37,219 nt of DNA from Nitrospirota bacterium (GTDB lineage Bacteria > Nitrospirota > Nitrospiria > JACQBW01). Below the pieces are notes generated by a model. It ran no database searches, was not told where the DNA came from, and was given only the letters and a program-made list of their open reading frames with translations. A program made the position numbers and the translations under genes. Location of the stretch: contig JACQBY010000134.1 of NCBI GenBank assembly GCA_016201875.1, positions 1-37,219 on the forward strand. The letters run 5' to 3'. Shown piece by piece: positions 7,811 to 16,996 of this stretch (positions within the stretch are counted from its first letter, which is position 1; every line of letters starts with the position of its first letter).

Positions 7811-9402
7811 TTCTGGTTTACGGCATCCCTGGCGGACAAACCGTTCCGCACTTCGCGGGTTGTCCGCTTCTGCACTCCGTCTAAAAAAAGCGGCGATTCA
7901 TATCTCACCGGAAGGGTCAACACAACTTTCGTTCCCTTCCCCTCTATTATGTTCAGGGGCCTGTTCGCTGCGCTCTCATTGCCCCCGAACCCCTCGCTCG
8001 AACTGGCAAAGCCAGATCCTCGCTCTATCTCCGAGCTGATCTCAATTTTACCATGGTGTTCTTCGATGATCCTTTTGGTCAATGCAAGGCCGAGGCCGAT
8101 CCCGAGCTGTTTTGTCGTAAAATAAGGCTGAAAAACTTTTTTTAAATCGTCGGGGCTGATCCCCGGCCCGTTATCGATAATTTCGAGAACCACAAAAGAA
8201 GGGTCCGGTCGGAGCGCCCGGATCGCCAGTTTTCCGCCGGTCGGCATCGCCTGAATCCCGTTTGCGACGATATTCATCAGGCAGGTTTTGATCCTTTCGC
8301 TATCTCCTTCGATCAGGGGGATCTCTCCGGGCACATATTCGATTTCAACCCCCTGTTCGATCGCTTTTTGATTCGCCAGACTGATCACCTCTTTTAATAA
8401 GAGGTTCAGGTTCATCCATTCTATTTGAAGCCTTAACGGCCGTCCATACTTTAAAATATCCTCCACCATATTGTTCAGCCGGAAAATTTCCGATTTAATG
8501 CTCGACATCAGGTCGGACATTCTCTCCTTTTCGTCGGGCGATGCACGACCCGCTTTTTCTTTAAGATGATCGATACTCAGGGAGATGAAATTGAGCGGGT
8601 TTCTGATTTCATGGGCGATCCCCGAAGCGAGCTGGCCGAGCGCGGTAAAATGTTCGGTCTCCCGGAGCCTCTCTTCGAGCGCTTTATTCTGCCTTAGTTT
8701 TTCAACCATTTCGTTAAAGCTTTCGGTCAGCTCGTTGATTTCATCGTTTCCTTTATGGACCGGTATCGTCTGGCTCAAATCTCCGCTGGCGACTTTTTTG
8801 GCGGCCGCCATGATCTGGTAAATGGGCCGGGTATACCGCGAGGAGAGAAAGATCGAAACGATAATCCCGAGAGAAAAGACTACTAATGTGGCGGCCAGGC
8901 GGTTCAGGTAATGCGATTCGATCAGTTTTTCATAATCGTCAAAAATCATGCTGATATGGGCATACCCCAGCTGTTCTCCCTCGACGACGATGGGGACAAG
9001 GAGATTGTAGGCTTTCTGGGTAGGCGACGGGAGCTGATCCCCTAATTTTGCGGTGATCAGCAGATCTTTTCTTTTAGGATCGAGTCTGGCTCCCACCCGA
9101 TGGGGATTTGAGCTGGCGATCACCTCTTTTTCATTGCTGACGATCGATATCTCTTTCACCCCCCTCGTTTCAAGCCTCTTCACATAATCCTGAAGTCGTT
9201 TTTCGGTCGTTCGTTCGGGGCTGGTCAGCTCTTCAACGCTCACCGAAATCGCGTTGGATAACTCATTGATATTCTGCTCCATTTCTTGTACCAGGGCTTT
9301 TTCTGTCCGGGCATAAAGATAAAAAGAGACGCCGAGGGATAGAAACGACAGAAGGAGCATGATCAGGACGAGTTTTGCGGTCAGAGTCAGTCTGATCTTC
9401 AA
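7807..9402 (-). CDS. HAMP-domain sensor histidine kinase; probable start TTG at 9402; carries family A and B inserts
   Basis: Two TM helices, HAMP, AHEIRNPL H-box, N-box, DNGPGI, FQPYFTTK, GIGLGL; TTGA overlap with the tsaC stop; the longer ORF-track N-terminus overlaps tsaC. Confidence 0.92.
   Translation of the reverse strand: MKIRLTLTAKLVLIMLLLSFLSLGVSFYLYARTEKALVQEMEQNINELSNAISVSVEELTSPERTTEKRLQDYVKRLETRGVKEISIVSNEKEVIASSNPHRVGARLDPKRKDLLITAKLGDQLPSPTQKAYNLLVPIVVEGEQLGYAHISMIFDDYEKLIESHYLNRLAATLVVFSLGIIVSIFLSSRYTRPIYQIMAAAKKVASGDLSQTIPVHKGNDEINELTESFNEMVEKLRQNKALEERLRETEHFTALGQLASGIAHEIRNPLNFISLSIDHLKEKAGRASPDEKERMSDLMSSIKSEIFRLNNMVEDILKYGRPLRLQIEWMNLNLLLKEVISLANQKAIEQGVEIEYVPGEIPLIEGDSERIKTCLMNIVANGIQAMPTGGKLAIRALRPDPSFVVLEIIDNGPGISPDDLKKVFQPYFTTKQLGIGLGLALTKRIIEEHHGKIEISSEIERGSGFASSSEGFGGNESAANRPLNIIEGKGTKVVLTLPVRYESPLFLDGVQKRTTREVRNGLSARDAVNQK
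7832..7879. repeat. Family A full 36-bp palindrome plus extra L module in the kinase C-terminal tail (GVQKRTTREVRNGLSA)
   Basis: gcggacaaaccg-ttccgcacttcg-cgggttgtccgc-ttctgcactccg. Confidence 0.93.
7945..8028. repeat. Family B repeat inserted in frame (28 aa) in the HATPase domain
   Basis: ttcaggggcc..gcccccgaacccc..ctggcaaagccagatcctc matches 1071-1146; removal restores HGKIEISSE-EGKGTKVVLTLP. Confidence 0.88.
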
Positions 9403-10040
9403 TAGATTTTTTCCAACGAAGTGCGGACGAAGTGCGGAACGATTTTTCCCGGCCTTAATATTTTTATTTCTTCGCCGGTCACATCGACCACCGTGGAGGG
9501 TTCGGATTCTAAAGCTCCGCCATCCAGGATTAAATCGACCTGTTTTCCAAAAACCTTTTCGGCTTCCCGGGCATTTCTGCAGGGAAATCCGGCTGACAGG
9601 TTGGCGCTGGTAGCCGTCACCGGGAAGCCGGCAAAAGATAAGAGCCGCCGGACCATTGCCGAACCGGGGCACCGGATTCCGATTTTTCCGCTGTGGGCGG
9701 TTAACCGGGTAGAAATCTTTTCAGAAGCCTCAAAAACAAAAGTAACAGGGCCGGGCCAGTACTGTTTGATCAGCTTTGCCGCGGCGGGGGAAACATTTTT
9801 AACCAGAGGGAAGATATCCTCAGGCTTTTCGACCAGGATGAGAACCGGCTTTTGGCTCTCCCTCTTTTTAATCTCGAACAGTTTTTCAATCGCCGCTTCA
9901 TGGTAGATGCCGGCGCCGATGCCGTAGAGGGTGTCGGTCGGGTAGATGATGATTTTCCCCTCGCCAAGGAGGCCGGCTCCCTTTTTCAGCGCAGGATCAG
10001 GATCATTAAAATCTATTTTAACGATTTTTGTTTTTGTCAT
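9399..10040 (-). CDS. tsaC: L-threonylcarbamoyladenylate synthase (Sua5/YrdC)
   Basis: YPTDTLYGIG, KKR..KPV, WPGPVT, IGIRCP, ATSANLS, PSTVVD, ILRPG. Confidence 0.93.
   Translation of the reverse strand: MTKTKIVKIDFNDPDPALKKGAGLLGEGKIIIYPTDTLYGIGAGIYHEAAIEKLFEIKKRESQKPVLILVEKPEDIFPLVKNVSPAAAKLIKQYWPGPVTFVFEASEKISTRLTAHSGKIGIRCPGSAMVRRLLSFAGFPVTATSANLSAGFPCRNAREAEKVFGKQVDLILDGGALESEPSTVVDVTGEEIKILRPGKIVPHFVRTSLEKIY
9417..9441. repeat. Family A loop-module doublet in the tsaC 3' end (VPHFVRTS)
   Basis: cgaagtgcgga-cgaagtgcggaa-cg. Confidence 0.8.
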
Positions 10041-10533
10041 ACGAAGACTTTGCCTGGGCTTCGACTTCTTTTGCCATGGCGGCTTTATATTCCGCCATTT
10101 TTTTTGCCAGTCCGGGGTATTTTATTGCCAGGATTTGAACCGCCAGAATCCCTCCGTTTTTTGCCCCTCCTTTGCCGATCGCCATGGCGGCCACCGGAAC
10201 GCCTCCCGGCATCTGGACCGTCGATAAGAGGGCATCCATCCCCTGAAGAGAGGAAGAGTCGATCGGAACGCCGATCACCGGCAGGGTGGTTAACGACGCG
10301 ACCACTCCGGCCAGATGGGCCGCTCCCCCGGCCCCCACGATAAACACTTCGATCCCCTGATCCATGGCAGAGGCGACAACTTGATGCGTCCGCTCCGGAG
10401 AGCGGTGGGCCGATGTCACGGTCAGATCATATTCAACCTTAAAATGTTCCATGATTTTTACGGCTTCTTCCATCACCGGAAGATCGTTGGGGCTCCCCAT
10501 GAGGATTCTGACAAGCGGTTTCCCTTTGGTCAT
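10018..10533 (-). CDS. purE: N5-CAIR mutase PurE; probable start ATG 10533
   Basis: ILMGSPND, SAHRSPE, GAGGAAHLAG, PVIGVP, DALLSTVQMPGGVPVA. Confidence 0.95.
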   Translation of the reverse strand: MTKGKPLVRILMGSPNDLPVMEEAVKIMEHFKVEYDLTVTSAHRSPERTHQVVASAMDQGIEVFIVGAGGAAHLAGVVASLTTLPVIGVPIDSSSLQGMDALLSTVQMPGGVPVAAMAIGKGGAKNGGILAVQILAIKYPGLAKKMAEYKAAMAKEVEAQAKSSYDKNKNR

Positions 10534-10620
10534 AAGCTTCCTTTCTCGCGGTGATTCCATAGCCGGGTGACCCGGTTATCTTTCAAAGGGGCTTGCGTCG
10601 CCCCCTTGATTAAGGGCATC

Positions 10621-10679
10621 TGTCCGCTGTGGAACCGCTCCCAAAGCCAGCTCGGATGCTCCTCGCTCTCTTTGCTCGC
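10621..10679. repeat. Family C repeat (form lacking module D) between prmA and purE
   Basis: tgtccgctgtggaac..cccaaagccagctcgga..ctcgctctctttgctcgc matches both flanks of 15089-15225. Confidence 0.78.
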
Positions 10680-10689
10680 TGAGAAATCT

Positions 10690-11580
10690 TCAATTACACC
10701 CCTTTTCCCAAACCTGGGTAACCCAGTTCCCGTCAATCTTTTCATCCGCTTTTTCAAGCTTTAACAGTCCGAACGTTTTCTCCACCTCTTCTTTTTTCTC
10801 CACCAGAATCCCGGAAAGAATCAGCGTCCCGCCGGGCAGAAGCGCTCCCTGAAGCTCTCTGCCTGACCGGATTAAATCTTCGGCGGTTAAATTGGCCAGA
10901 ATCAGGTGATAGCTTCGTCTGTCGGCCTGAAAAATCGACCCGAGCCTGATCCGGATTTTATCCTGAACCTGATTTAAAATAAAATTGTTCCGCATCGATT
11001 CGACCGCGTCGCCGTCTATCTCGGCCGCAACGATATATCCGGCCCCGAACAGGGATGCCCCTATCGCCAGAATCCCCGAACCCGAACCGAGGTCGAGCAC
11101 TTTTAAGGACGGCGGGTCGGGATGGGCCAACATAAACCGTTCGAGAAAAACCAGGCAATTGAACGTCGTCGGGTGGGTGCCTGTTCCAAACCCGAGTCCC
11201 GGGTCGATGATGATGTCTCTTTCTCCCTTATTTTTCCGGGAAACGGTTTGCCAGGGAGGGGCGACGGTCAGCGCGGGGGTCACGCTAACCGGTTTGAAAA
11301 ACTTTTTCCATTCCCCGTTCCAGTCCTCCTGGATATTCTTCTGGATATGGAATGATTTAGAAGGAACTTCAACCCCTTCTTCCCTAAACCGGTCGAAAAA
11401 GGGGACCATTCTTTTTTCAATCTCTTCACCGGCGCAGTCGGCGGGATTAAAAAAGGCTTTTACTTTTGCCCCATCGATCCAGGCTCCTCCTGCCCCGATT
11501 TCAATAAAAAACGACGAGAGGCTCTCCTGCAGTTGGGGCGCCACCTCCAGCGACACTTCGATATATTCTTTTTCCTTCAC
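10690..11580 (-). CDS. prmA: Ribosomal protein L11 methyltransferase; probable start GTG 11580
   Basis: EDWNGEWKKFFKP, PPW, IDPGLGFGTGTHPTT, VLDLGSGSGILAI, ILANL, LILSGIL; GTGA overlap with the upstream stop. Confidence 0.93.
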   Translation of the reverse strand: MKEKEYIEVSLEVAPQLQESLSSFFIEIGAGGAWIDGAKVKAFFNPADCAGEEIEKRMVPFFDRFREEGVEVPSKSFHIQKNIQEDWNGEWKKFFKPVSVTPALTVAPPWQTVSRKNKGERDIIIDPGLGFGTGTHPTTFNCLVFLERFMLAHPDPPSLKVLDLGSGSGILAIGASLFGAGYIVAAEIDGDAVESMRNNFILNQVQDKIRIRLGSIFQADRRSYHLILANLTAEDLIRSGRELQGALLPGGTLILSGILVEKKEEVEKTFGLLKLEKADEKIDGNWVTQVWEKGCN

Positions 11581-12092
11581 TTTTTCGTCTTTAAATAGTT
11601 TCGTGCGTCTTCGATATAGTTTTTTGCCGAGAGGGTTAAAAACGCCTTTTCTTCTGCCGTCAGCGGCCGTTTTGGTTTTGCCGGGACCCCGAAGGCCAGC
11701 ATTCCGGCGGGGATCACCATCCCTTCCGGGACCAGCGATCCGGCTCCGATCAGGGCGCCGTCTTCTACCACCGCGCCGTCCATCACCACCGCCCCCATTC
11801 CGATCAGACAGCCATTTCCGATCGTGCATCCGTGGAGGATCACCCGGTGCCCCACCGTATTATCGTTCCCGACCCGGAGGGGGTGGTCTTTGCGGGTAAC
11901 ATGGAGCATCGAGAGGTCCTGAAGGTTGGTGCCGGACCCTATCCGGATATCATGGACATCTCCCCGGATAACCGTGTTGAACCAGACGCTCGAATTTCCG
12001 CCGATCTCCACATCGCCGATGATCATGGCGCCGGGCGCGACAAAAACAGAGGATGGAACCTTTGGCAGGATTCCTTGATAAGGGATCAGCAT
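11577..12092 (-). CDS. Gamma carbonic anhydrase family / hexapeptide-repeat protein (YrdA-like)
   Basis: IIGDVEIG..SSVWF..IRGD..IG..TNLQD..LH..TVGHRVILHGC..LIGMGA..G.PAK..R. Confidence 0.92.
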   Translation of the reverse strand: MLIPYQGILPKVPSSVFVAPGAMIIGDVEIGGNSSVWFNTVIRGDVHDIRIGSGTNLQDLSMLHVTRKDHPLRVGNDNTVGHRVILHGCTIGNGCLIGMGAVVMDGAVVEDGALIGAGSLVPEGMVIPAGMLAFGVPAKPKRPLTAEEKAFLTLSAKNYIEDARNYLKTKK

Positions 12093-12132
12093 TTCTTTAT
12101 CTTAAAGGAAATGAAGAAGTTCAAAAAACCGG

Positions 12133-14385
12133 CTACGGAACGGTAACCGTTCCGGATGAGGCCTTTATGTTGTTGGTCTCATTGGTCTCGATGATCACAT
12201 TACCCGAATCAGTTACCGCAATGATGTAGTAACTCCCCGCCGGCGTTCCTCCCGGGATGGGAATGGAAGTTGTCTTACTGTTGGTCGCATTTCCTCCTGC
12301 CAGACCGGATAGGTTTCTGCTCCCCAGAAGGATATCTCCTGAATCATAAGCCGTGTCCAATGAAAGATAAAACGATACCGTAAACCCTGATGCCACCTGA
12401 TTCCCGATATTCATTTCTGTATCGCTTACATAAACGGTGTTAGCCGAAAGAAAGGCTGAAACCACAAACGTCACCAGGTCAGGCCCGATCTTGTAAGTTC
12501 CCGCCGCGCATTTGACATTGTTCGTTTCGCTGGTCTCAGCAACACCACTCCCGGAATCAGTCATCGCGCAGAGATAGTAAGTCCTTTCCGCCAGGCTTCC
12601 CGGAACCGCGAAGATTGTGGTGGCGGAATTCGTCGCTCCTGACGCCAACCCCGAGAGACTCCTGGTTCCCACCAGGATATCCGTGGATGGATTCGGCGCG
12701 GCGGCAGTCGAAAGATAAAACGAAACTGTAAAGGCTCCCGCAGGCTGGCTTCCGCTGTTGATCCCGGTATCGCTGACATAAAGAGCGGTTCCAGAAAGCA
12801 ACCCTGAAAACATATAAACCGATAAATCAGGCCCAATATGATAAGCCCCGGTCACACATCTGGCGTTGTTGGTTTCATCGGATTCTGCTACGGTATTTCC
12901 AGAGTCGGTCATGGCACACAGATAATAGTCTCCTGCGGGCAGAGTTGCAGGAATGAGTAATGTCGTGGTCGCCGAATTGGTCCCCCCTGCGGGGAGGCCA
13001 TTCAGCAGGTTTCTGTACCCGATCAAAGCATCTGTAACGGGATTCGGCGCTGTGGTGGCCGAGAGATAAAATGAAACCGCAAAGGCGGCGGCAGCAGGTT
13101 GATTGCCGCTGTTATATTGGGTATCGCTGACATAGAGCCTGGGTCCTGAAAGCGTCCCTAATAACGCATAAGCCTTCAAATCAGGCGCTACAACAGTCGC
13201 CACGGCCAAGGTTCCAGCCCCGGAGACACCCCCCCATTTTGCGTTTATTGTTACTGTGCCGACTGAAATAGCCGAGGCTACGCCCGGACTTCCAGCCGAA
13301 TTGCTGATCGTGGCAACCGCGGCATTTGACGAACTCCAGGCGACAGAGGAGGTCAAATCCTGCGTGCTGTTATCGGAATATTTCCCCATGGCCGTAAACT
13401 GCTGAACGGTTCCCAGGGCAATCAAGGATTTCAGCGGAGTCACAGAAAGAGAAACCAGCGAAGCCGGCGGCGTCACCGTCAGAACCGCGCGACCTGATAG
13501 CCCCCCCGATGCCGCCGTAATGTCCGTTGTCCCCGCCGCCAGGCCTGAGACCAATCCCTGACTTCCGGCCGTATTACTGACGGCGGCAATTGAGGGATCT
13601 AATGAACTCCATGTGACAGAAGCGGTTAAATCCTGCGTGCTGTTATCGGAGTAATGTCCCGTCGCCAAAAAGTTTTGAGTCGTTCCCGCGGCAATAGTCG
13701 GACTTGACGAAGTCACAGAAATAGCGATCAGCGCCGCCGTGGTTACGGTCAGATCCATGCTCCCTGATAGCCCCCCCGATGCCGCCGTAATGGTCGTCGG
13801 CCCCGCCGCCAGGCCTGATACCCATCCCTGACTTCCGGCGGTATTGCTGATGGTGGCAATTGAGGCATCTGACGAACTCCATATGACAGAAGCGGTTAAA
13901 TCCTGCGTGCTGTTATCGGAGTAATGTCCCGTCGCCAAAAAGTTTTGAGTCGTTCCCGCGGCAATAGTCGGACTTGACGAAGTCACAGAAATAGAATCCA
14001 GCGTAGCCGTGGTCACGGCCAGAGTCATGCTCCCTGAAATAGCCCCCGATGCCGCGGTGATAATTGTGCTCCCCACTGCAGTCGCAGTGGCCAATCCTGT
14101 ATTAGTGATGGTGGCAATGGTGGTATTTGATGAATTCCAGGCGGCAGAGGAGGTCAAATCCTGCGTGCTGTTATCGGAGAAAAAACCGGTCGCCGTAAAT
14201 TGCCGGGTCGTCCCTTTCGCAATAGACGGATCCAGCGGCGTGATTTCCAGTTTAACCAATGATGGCGCCCCTGCTCCCTGCGGATTGTTCGAACTGCCGG
14301 CACAGCCATAAAACAAAAAGAAAAACAGATAAAAGGGAGCTAAAACATAAGAAATTTTTCTATAAAGTTTTTGAATAAGGGCCAT
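12133..14385 (-). CDS. Surface lipoprotein: 4 Big_2 (Lig-like) Ig domains plus 3 CARDB-like domains
   Basis: Lipobox-like FYGC; repeats ..ATGxxSDNSTQDLTxSxxWxSS..; C-terminal repeats PDL..N.G.Q.A..F.VSFYLS..G.YY..DS....E..ETNN; two Big_2 copies near-identical at a 270-bp period. Confidence 0.85.
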   Translation of the reverse strand: MALIQKLYRKISYVLAPFYLFFFLFYGCAGSSNNPQGAGAPSLVKLEITPLDPSIAKGTTRQFTATGFFSDNSTQDLTSSAAWNSSNTTIATITNTGLATATAVGSTIITAASGAISGSMTLAVTTATLDSISVTSSSPTIAAGTTQNFLATGHYSDNSTQDLTASVIWSSSDASIATISNTAGSQGWVSGLAAGPTTITAASGGLSGSMDLTVTTAALIAISVTSSSPTIAAGTTQNFLATGHYSDNSTQDLTASVTWSSLDPSIAAVSNTAGSQGLVSGLAAGTTDITAASGGLSGRAVLTVTPPASLVSLSVTPLKSLIALGTVQQFTAMGKYSDNSTQDLTSSVAWSSSNAAVATISNSAGSPGVASAISVGTVTINAKWGGVSGAGTLAVATVVAPDLKAYALLGTLSGPRLYVSDTQYNSGNQPAAAAFAVSFYLSATTAPNPVTDALIGYRNLLNGLPAGGTNSATTTLLIPATLPAGDYYLCAMTDSGNTVAESDETNNARCVTGAYHIGPDLSVYMFSGLLSGTALYVSDTGINSGSQPAGAFTVSFYLSTAAAPNPSTDILVGTRSLSGLASGATNSATTIFAVPGSLAERTYYLCAMTDSGSGVAETSETNNVKCAAGTYKIGPDLVTFVVSAFLSANTVYVSDTEMNIGNQVASGFTVSFYLSLDTAYDSGDILLGSRNLSGLAGGNATNSKTTSIPIPGGTPAGSYYIIAVTDSGNVIIETNETNNIKASSGTVTVP

Positions 14386-14432
14386 TTTTTTTCCTTTTGT
14401 TATTCTTTCGCAACTTCATTTATAATTTGGAC

Positions 14433-14462
14433 ATTATATATAAAACAGCCTCCCCATCGCAA
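14433..14462 (-). promoter_or_regulatory. Candidate sigma-70 promoter for the 750-aa lipoprotein gene
   Basis: Minus strand TTGCGA-N18-TATAAT. Confidence 0.4.
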
Positions 14463-14512
14463 TGAAAATTATTGCCCGGTTAATTGAAGGTCCATTGCCG
14501 GCCGGTGTAAAA

Positions 14513-14539
14513 CTGGTTTCCCGCTTTCGCGGGAATGAC
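14513..14539. repeat. Solitary dRS3/CGTC-REP-like palindrome downstream of the HAD gene
   Basis: ttcccgc-tttc-gcgggaatgac, the same palindrome as inside 29545-29677 and 35476-35608. Confidence 0.82.
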
Positions 14540-14554
14540 TATTCTTTTCACCGT

Positions 14555-15412
14555 TCATAAATAGTCGAGTAATTCGGACAGCGACTCAATTCTAACAAAA
14601 TCTTCGCCCGGCTTAAAGAGGTGATTCCGGTCGATTAAAACCGCCTGGAGACCCGATTTTAACGCTCCGCCGATATCATCCGAAAGGGAGTCTCCCACAT
14701 GGATCGCTTCTGCCGGTTTAACCCGGTGGGTTTCGACCGCTTTTTTAAAAATCAGGGGGTCTGGTTTTGGAGCGCCCGCTTCGCTCGAAAGGGTCATCGA
14801 ATCAAACAGAGGGGAAATCCCCAGCGCTCTGGCCACCTCGTAAACCCGCGTGTCAAAATTGGTAATCATTCCCAGGGAATACCCTTTTGTTTTTAACAGG
14901 CCTAACACTTCAACCGTTTCGGGAAAAAGTTCCCATCCCTGGCTCCCTTTAAAAACAGTATAAACCTCCTGGAAGTAAGATTCAAAAGAAGGAATCATTC
15001 CGACTTCGGTAAACACCCCTTACACCACCTCGTACCACCATTGTTTTTCGATTTCCAGCCTCTCGGCTGGAGAAAGGGGAAAAGCTGATGTCCGCTGTGG
15101 AACAGAGTCTCCGGCCACCTCACTGTCTCGGTGGCGTTCGTGGCTTGTCGTCACTTTCTCGTGACGACACTCACCCCCCAAAGCAAGCTCGGAGGGAGCC
15201 CCCCCTTCTCGCTCGCTTTGCTTGCCGGGTAGAAAAACAGGGGGTGGTTTCTTTTTAAAGGCATTAAAAAAAGCATTATCAACGGCTTCTTTCGCCGCTT
15301 TCGAACCATATTTTTTGGCGATTTGGAGATAAATATCTCCCACGGAGCCTCTTGTTCTAAAAAGGGTCTCCGCCGCGTCAAAAAATATGACTTTAACCGG
15401 TAATTTGATCAT
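14555..15412 (-). pseudogene. HAD-IA (REG-2-like) hydrolase with an in-frame composite repeat insert and one in-frame TAA at 15020-15022
   Basis: FFDAAETLF ... WWYEVV*GVFTEVG ... ITNFD, KPDPLIF, HVGDSLSDDIGGA; the two ORF-track pieces are in the same frame. Confidence 0.8.
15089..15225. repeat. Composite repeat: family C enclosing module D (15110-15177), in frame in the HAD gene
   Basis: Flanks match 10621-10679, core matches 6132-6199; translated as GKQSEREGGAPSELALGGECRHEKVTTSHERHRDSEVAGDSVPQRT. Confidence 0.87.
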
Positions 15413-15437
15413 TCGCGCCACTCCCGGCTTTTCGTCA

Positions 15438-16958
15438 TCAATCCAGCAGAATCTCGGAGCCGGTTCCCCTCCAGATCGCCAACCGCCATTCCAGGGCAAT
15501 CTGTTGTTCCAGATAATCCGCCGGGTTATAATCATCGGTCAGAACATGTCCCGAATCCTCTCTTAAATGGACTTCTCCGGCAAAAAGTTTTCCGGAGGAA
15601 GCAATCAAAGGGCCCAGAGGCCGGTTCGAAGCCAGCATGATATAATTGGTGAAATTATCTTTCAAAGAAACCGTTAAAACAGCTCTGTGGGAAAAATTTT
15701 GCTGGAGCGTTTTATAGATCGATTGGGTGAATTCCGAACCCTCGCCGGTAAAAAGTCCGATGGTGTTCATCACCAGAATGCCGTCGTCCGTCAAACTGTT
15801 CCTCAGTTGTTCAAAACACTCCCGGCTCAGCAAATAAAAAGGAGAAGATTCCCCCGCGAAAACGTCCAGAACAATGTAGTCATATTTTTTTCTGTTCCCA
15901 TTTAAAAAATGGCGGGCATCTTCGAGAATGAGATTGAACCGTTCGGGATGAAATTCAAAAAATTTTTTAGCGACCATGGGCATTCGGGGATCGATCTCGA
16001 CAATATCAATCAAGTCCCCGGATTTAAACTCCGATTCCGGAATGACCCCTCCTCCCAGCCCGATGACGGCTCCTTTGAAAACCTTCTTCAGGGATTTCTC
16101 CCGGCAGGCTTTAAGAACTTCTTCTATCATCCCGGTGTACGGGGCCAGGGATTGATGGAGGCCTGTTTGATAAGCCGTCTGGATCGCTCCGTCGACCATC
16201 AACATATGTATTCCCGCGTTATCGAGAACCTTTAATTGGCCGTAATAACTTTCTGATTTAAAAATAATTTTTCCGGTTTGAGTTCTTTGAGAAAAATAAA
16301 TGATCAGGACTCCGCTGATGAAAATAACGGAAAGACAGGCCAGAGCCGGCTTCCAGTTTTTTGTTTTCACGAAATGAATGGCCGGGAAAATAGAGAGGGA
16401 GATAGAAATGACAAATAAAATATTTTTCAGCCCCAGATTGGGAATCAGCCAGAAACCCACCAATAAGGTTCCCATGATTCCGCCAAGGGTGGAAAGCGCG
16501 TATAAATTTCCGGCGATTTTACCTGCCCGATCAATTTCCCTGAGAGAAAGTTTTAAGGAAAACGGGGCCACCATTCCCAACAAGGTCAGGGGAACGGTAA
16601 AAAGGATAAAAGCGGTCGTCAGGCATCCCATCCTCGGTCCGAACGAAGTCATCGCGAGAGAAACCGGCTTTTGAATCAGCGGAATCATCATGACAAAAAT
16701 TCCCGAGACCAGGACCAGAAGATAAAAAAGATCCCGGTTTTGATAACGGTCCGAGAGAATGCCTCCGATCCAGTATCCCAGGGACAGCGAAATCAAAGTG
16801 ACCGTAATTAACGAGGTCCAGATAAATAAGGAGATTCCAAAATAGGGGCTCAGAATACGCGATCCCAGCACTTCAAGGACCAGCACGATCATCCCGCAAA
16901 TAAAGATGGTCAAGAGCAATAAAACAAAATCGGCGCGTTGTTGACTATTTTTTTTCAT
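15438..16958 (-). CDS. Fused membrane domain / spermidine synthase-like SAM-fold protein
   Basis: ~7 TM with LEVLGSRILSPYFG.S..W, G.LYA.STLG.I.G; soluble domain IGLGGG, VEIDP, EDARHFL, YDYIVLDVF. Confidence 0.88.
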   Translation of the reverse strand: MKKNSQQRADFVLLLLTIFICGMIVLVLEVLGSRILSPYFGISLFIWTSLITVTLISLSLGYWIGGILSDRYQNRDLFYLLVLVSGIFVMMIPLIQKPVSLAMTSFGPRMGCLTTAFILFTVPLTLLGMVAPFSLKLSLREIDRAGKIAGNLYALSTLGGIMGTLLVGFWLIPNLGLKNILFVISISLSIFPAIHFVKTKNWKPALACLSVIFISGVLIIYFSQRTQTGKIIFKSESYYGQLKVLDNAGIHMLMVDGAIQTAYQTGLHQSLAPYTGMIEEVLKACREKSLKKVFKGAVIGLGGGVIPESEFKSGDLIDIVEIDPRMPMVAKKFFEFHPERFNLILEDARHFLNGNRKKYDYIVLDVFAGESSPFYLLSRECFEQLRNSLTDDGILVMNTIGLFTGEGSEFTQSIYKTLQQNFSHRAVLTVSLKDNFTNYIMLASNRPLGPLIASSGKLFAGEVHLREDSGHVLTDDYNPADYLEQQIALEWRLAIWRGTGSEILLD

Positions 16959-16996
16959 TCAATATCCCATCGGGGGAAAATCAGCCTGTCCCCTTT

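Noticed and set aside
9403-9672. ORF-track N-terminal extension of the histidine kinase
   Set aside because: It overlaps tsaC out of frame; the TTG at 9402 overlapping the tsaC stop precedes the first TM helix.
10530-10764. Short ORFs (75 aa minus, 65 aa plus) between prmA and purE
   Set aside because: They overlap prmA and consist largely of the family C repeat and hairpins; no protein features.
11581-11829. ORF-track N-terminal extension of PrmA
   Set aside because: It is an alternative frame of the gamma-CA gene; the GTGA overlap at 11577-11580 is the plausible start.
13479-14009. Near-identical 270-bp repeat in the lipoprotein gene as a DGR template/variable repeat
   Set aside because: It corresponds to adjacent in-frame Big_2 domains, differences are not adenine-specific by eye, and no reverse transcriptase is present.
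15020-15022. Selenocysteine or pyrrolysine recoding in the HAD gene
   Set aside because: The stop is TAA, not TGA or TAG, and TAA terminates many other genes in the window.
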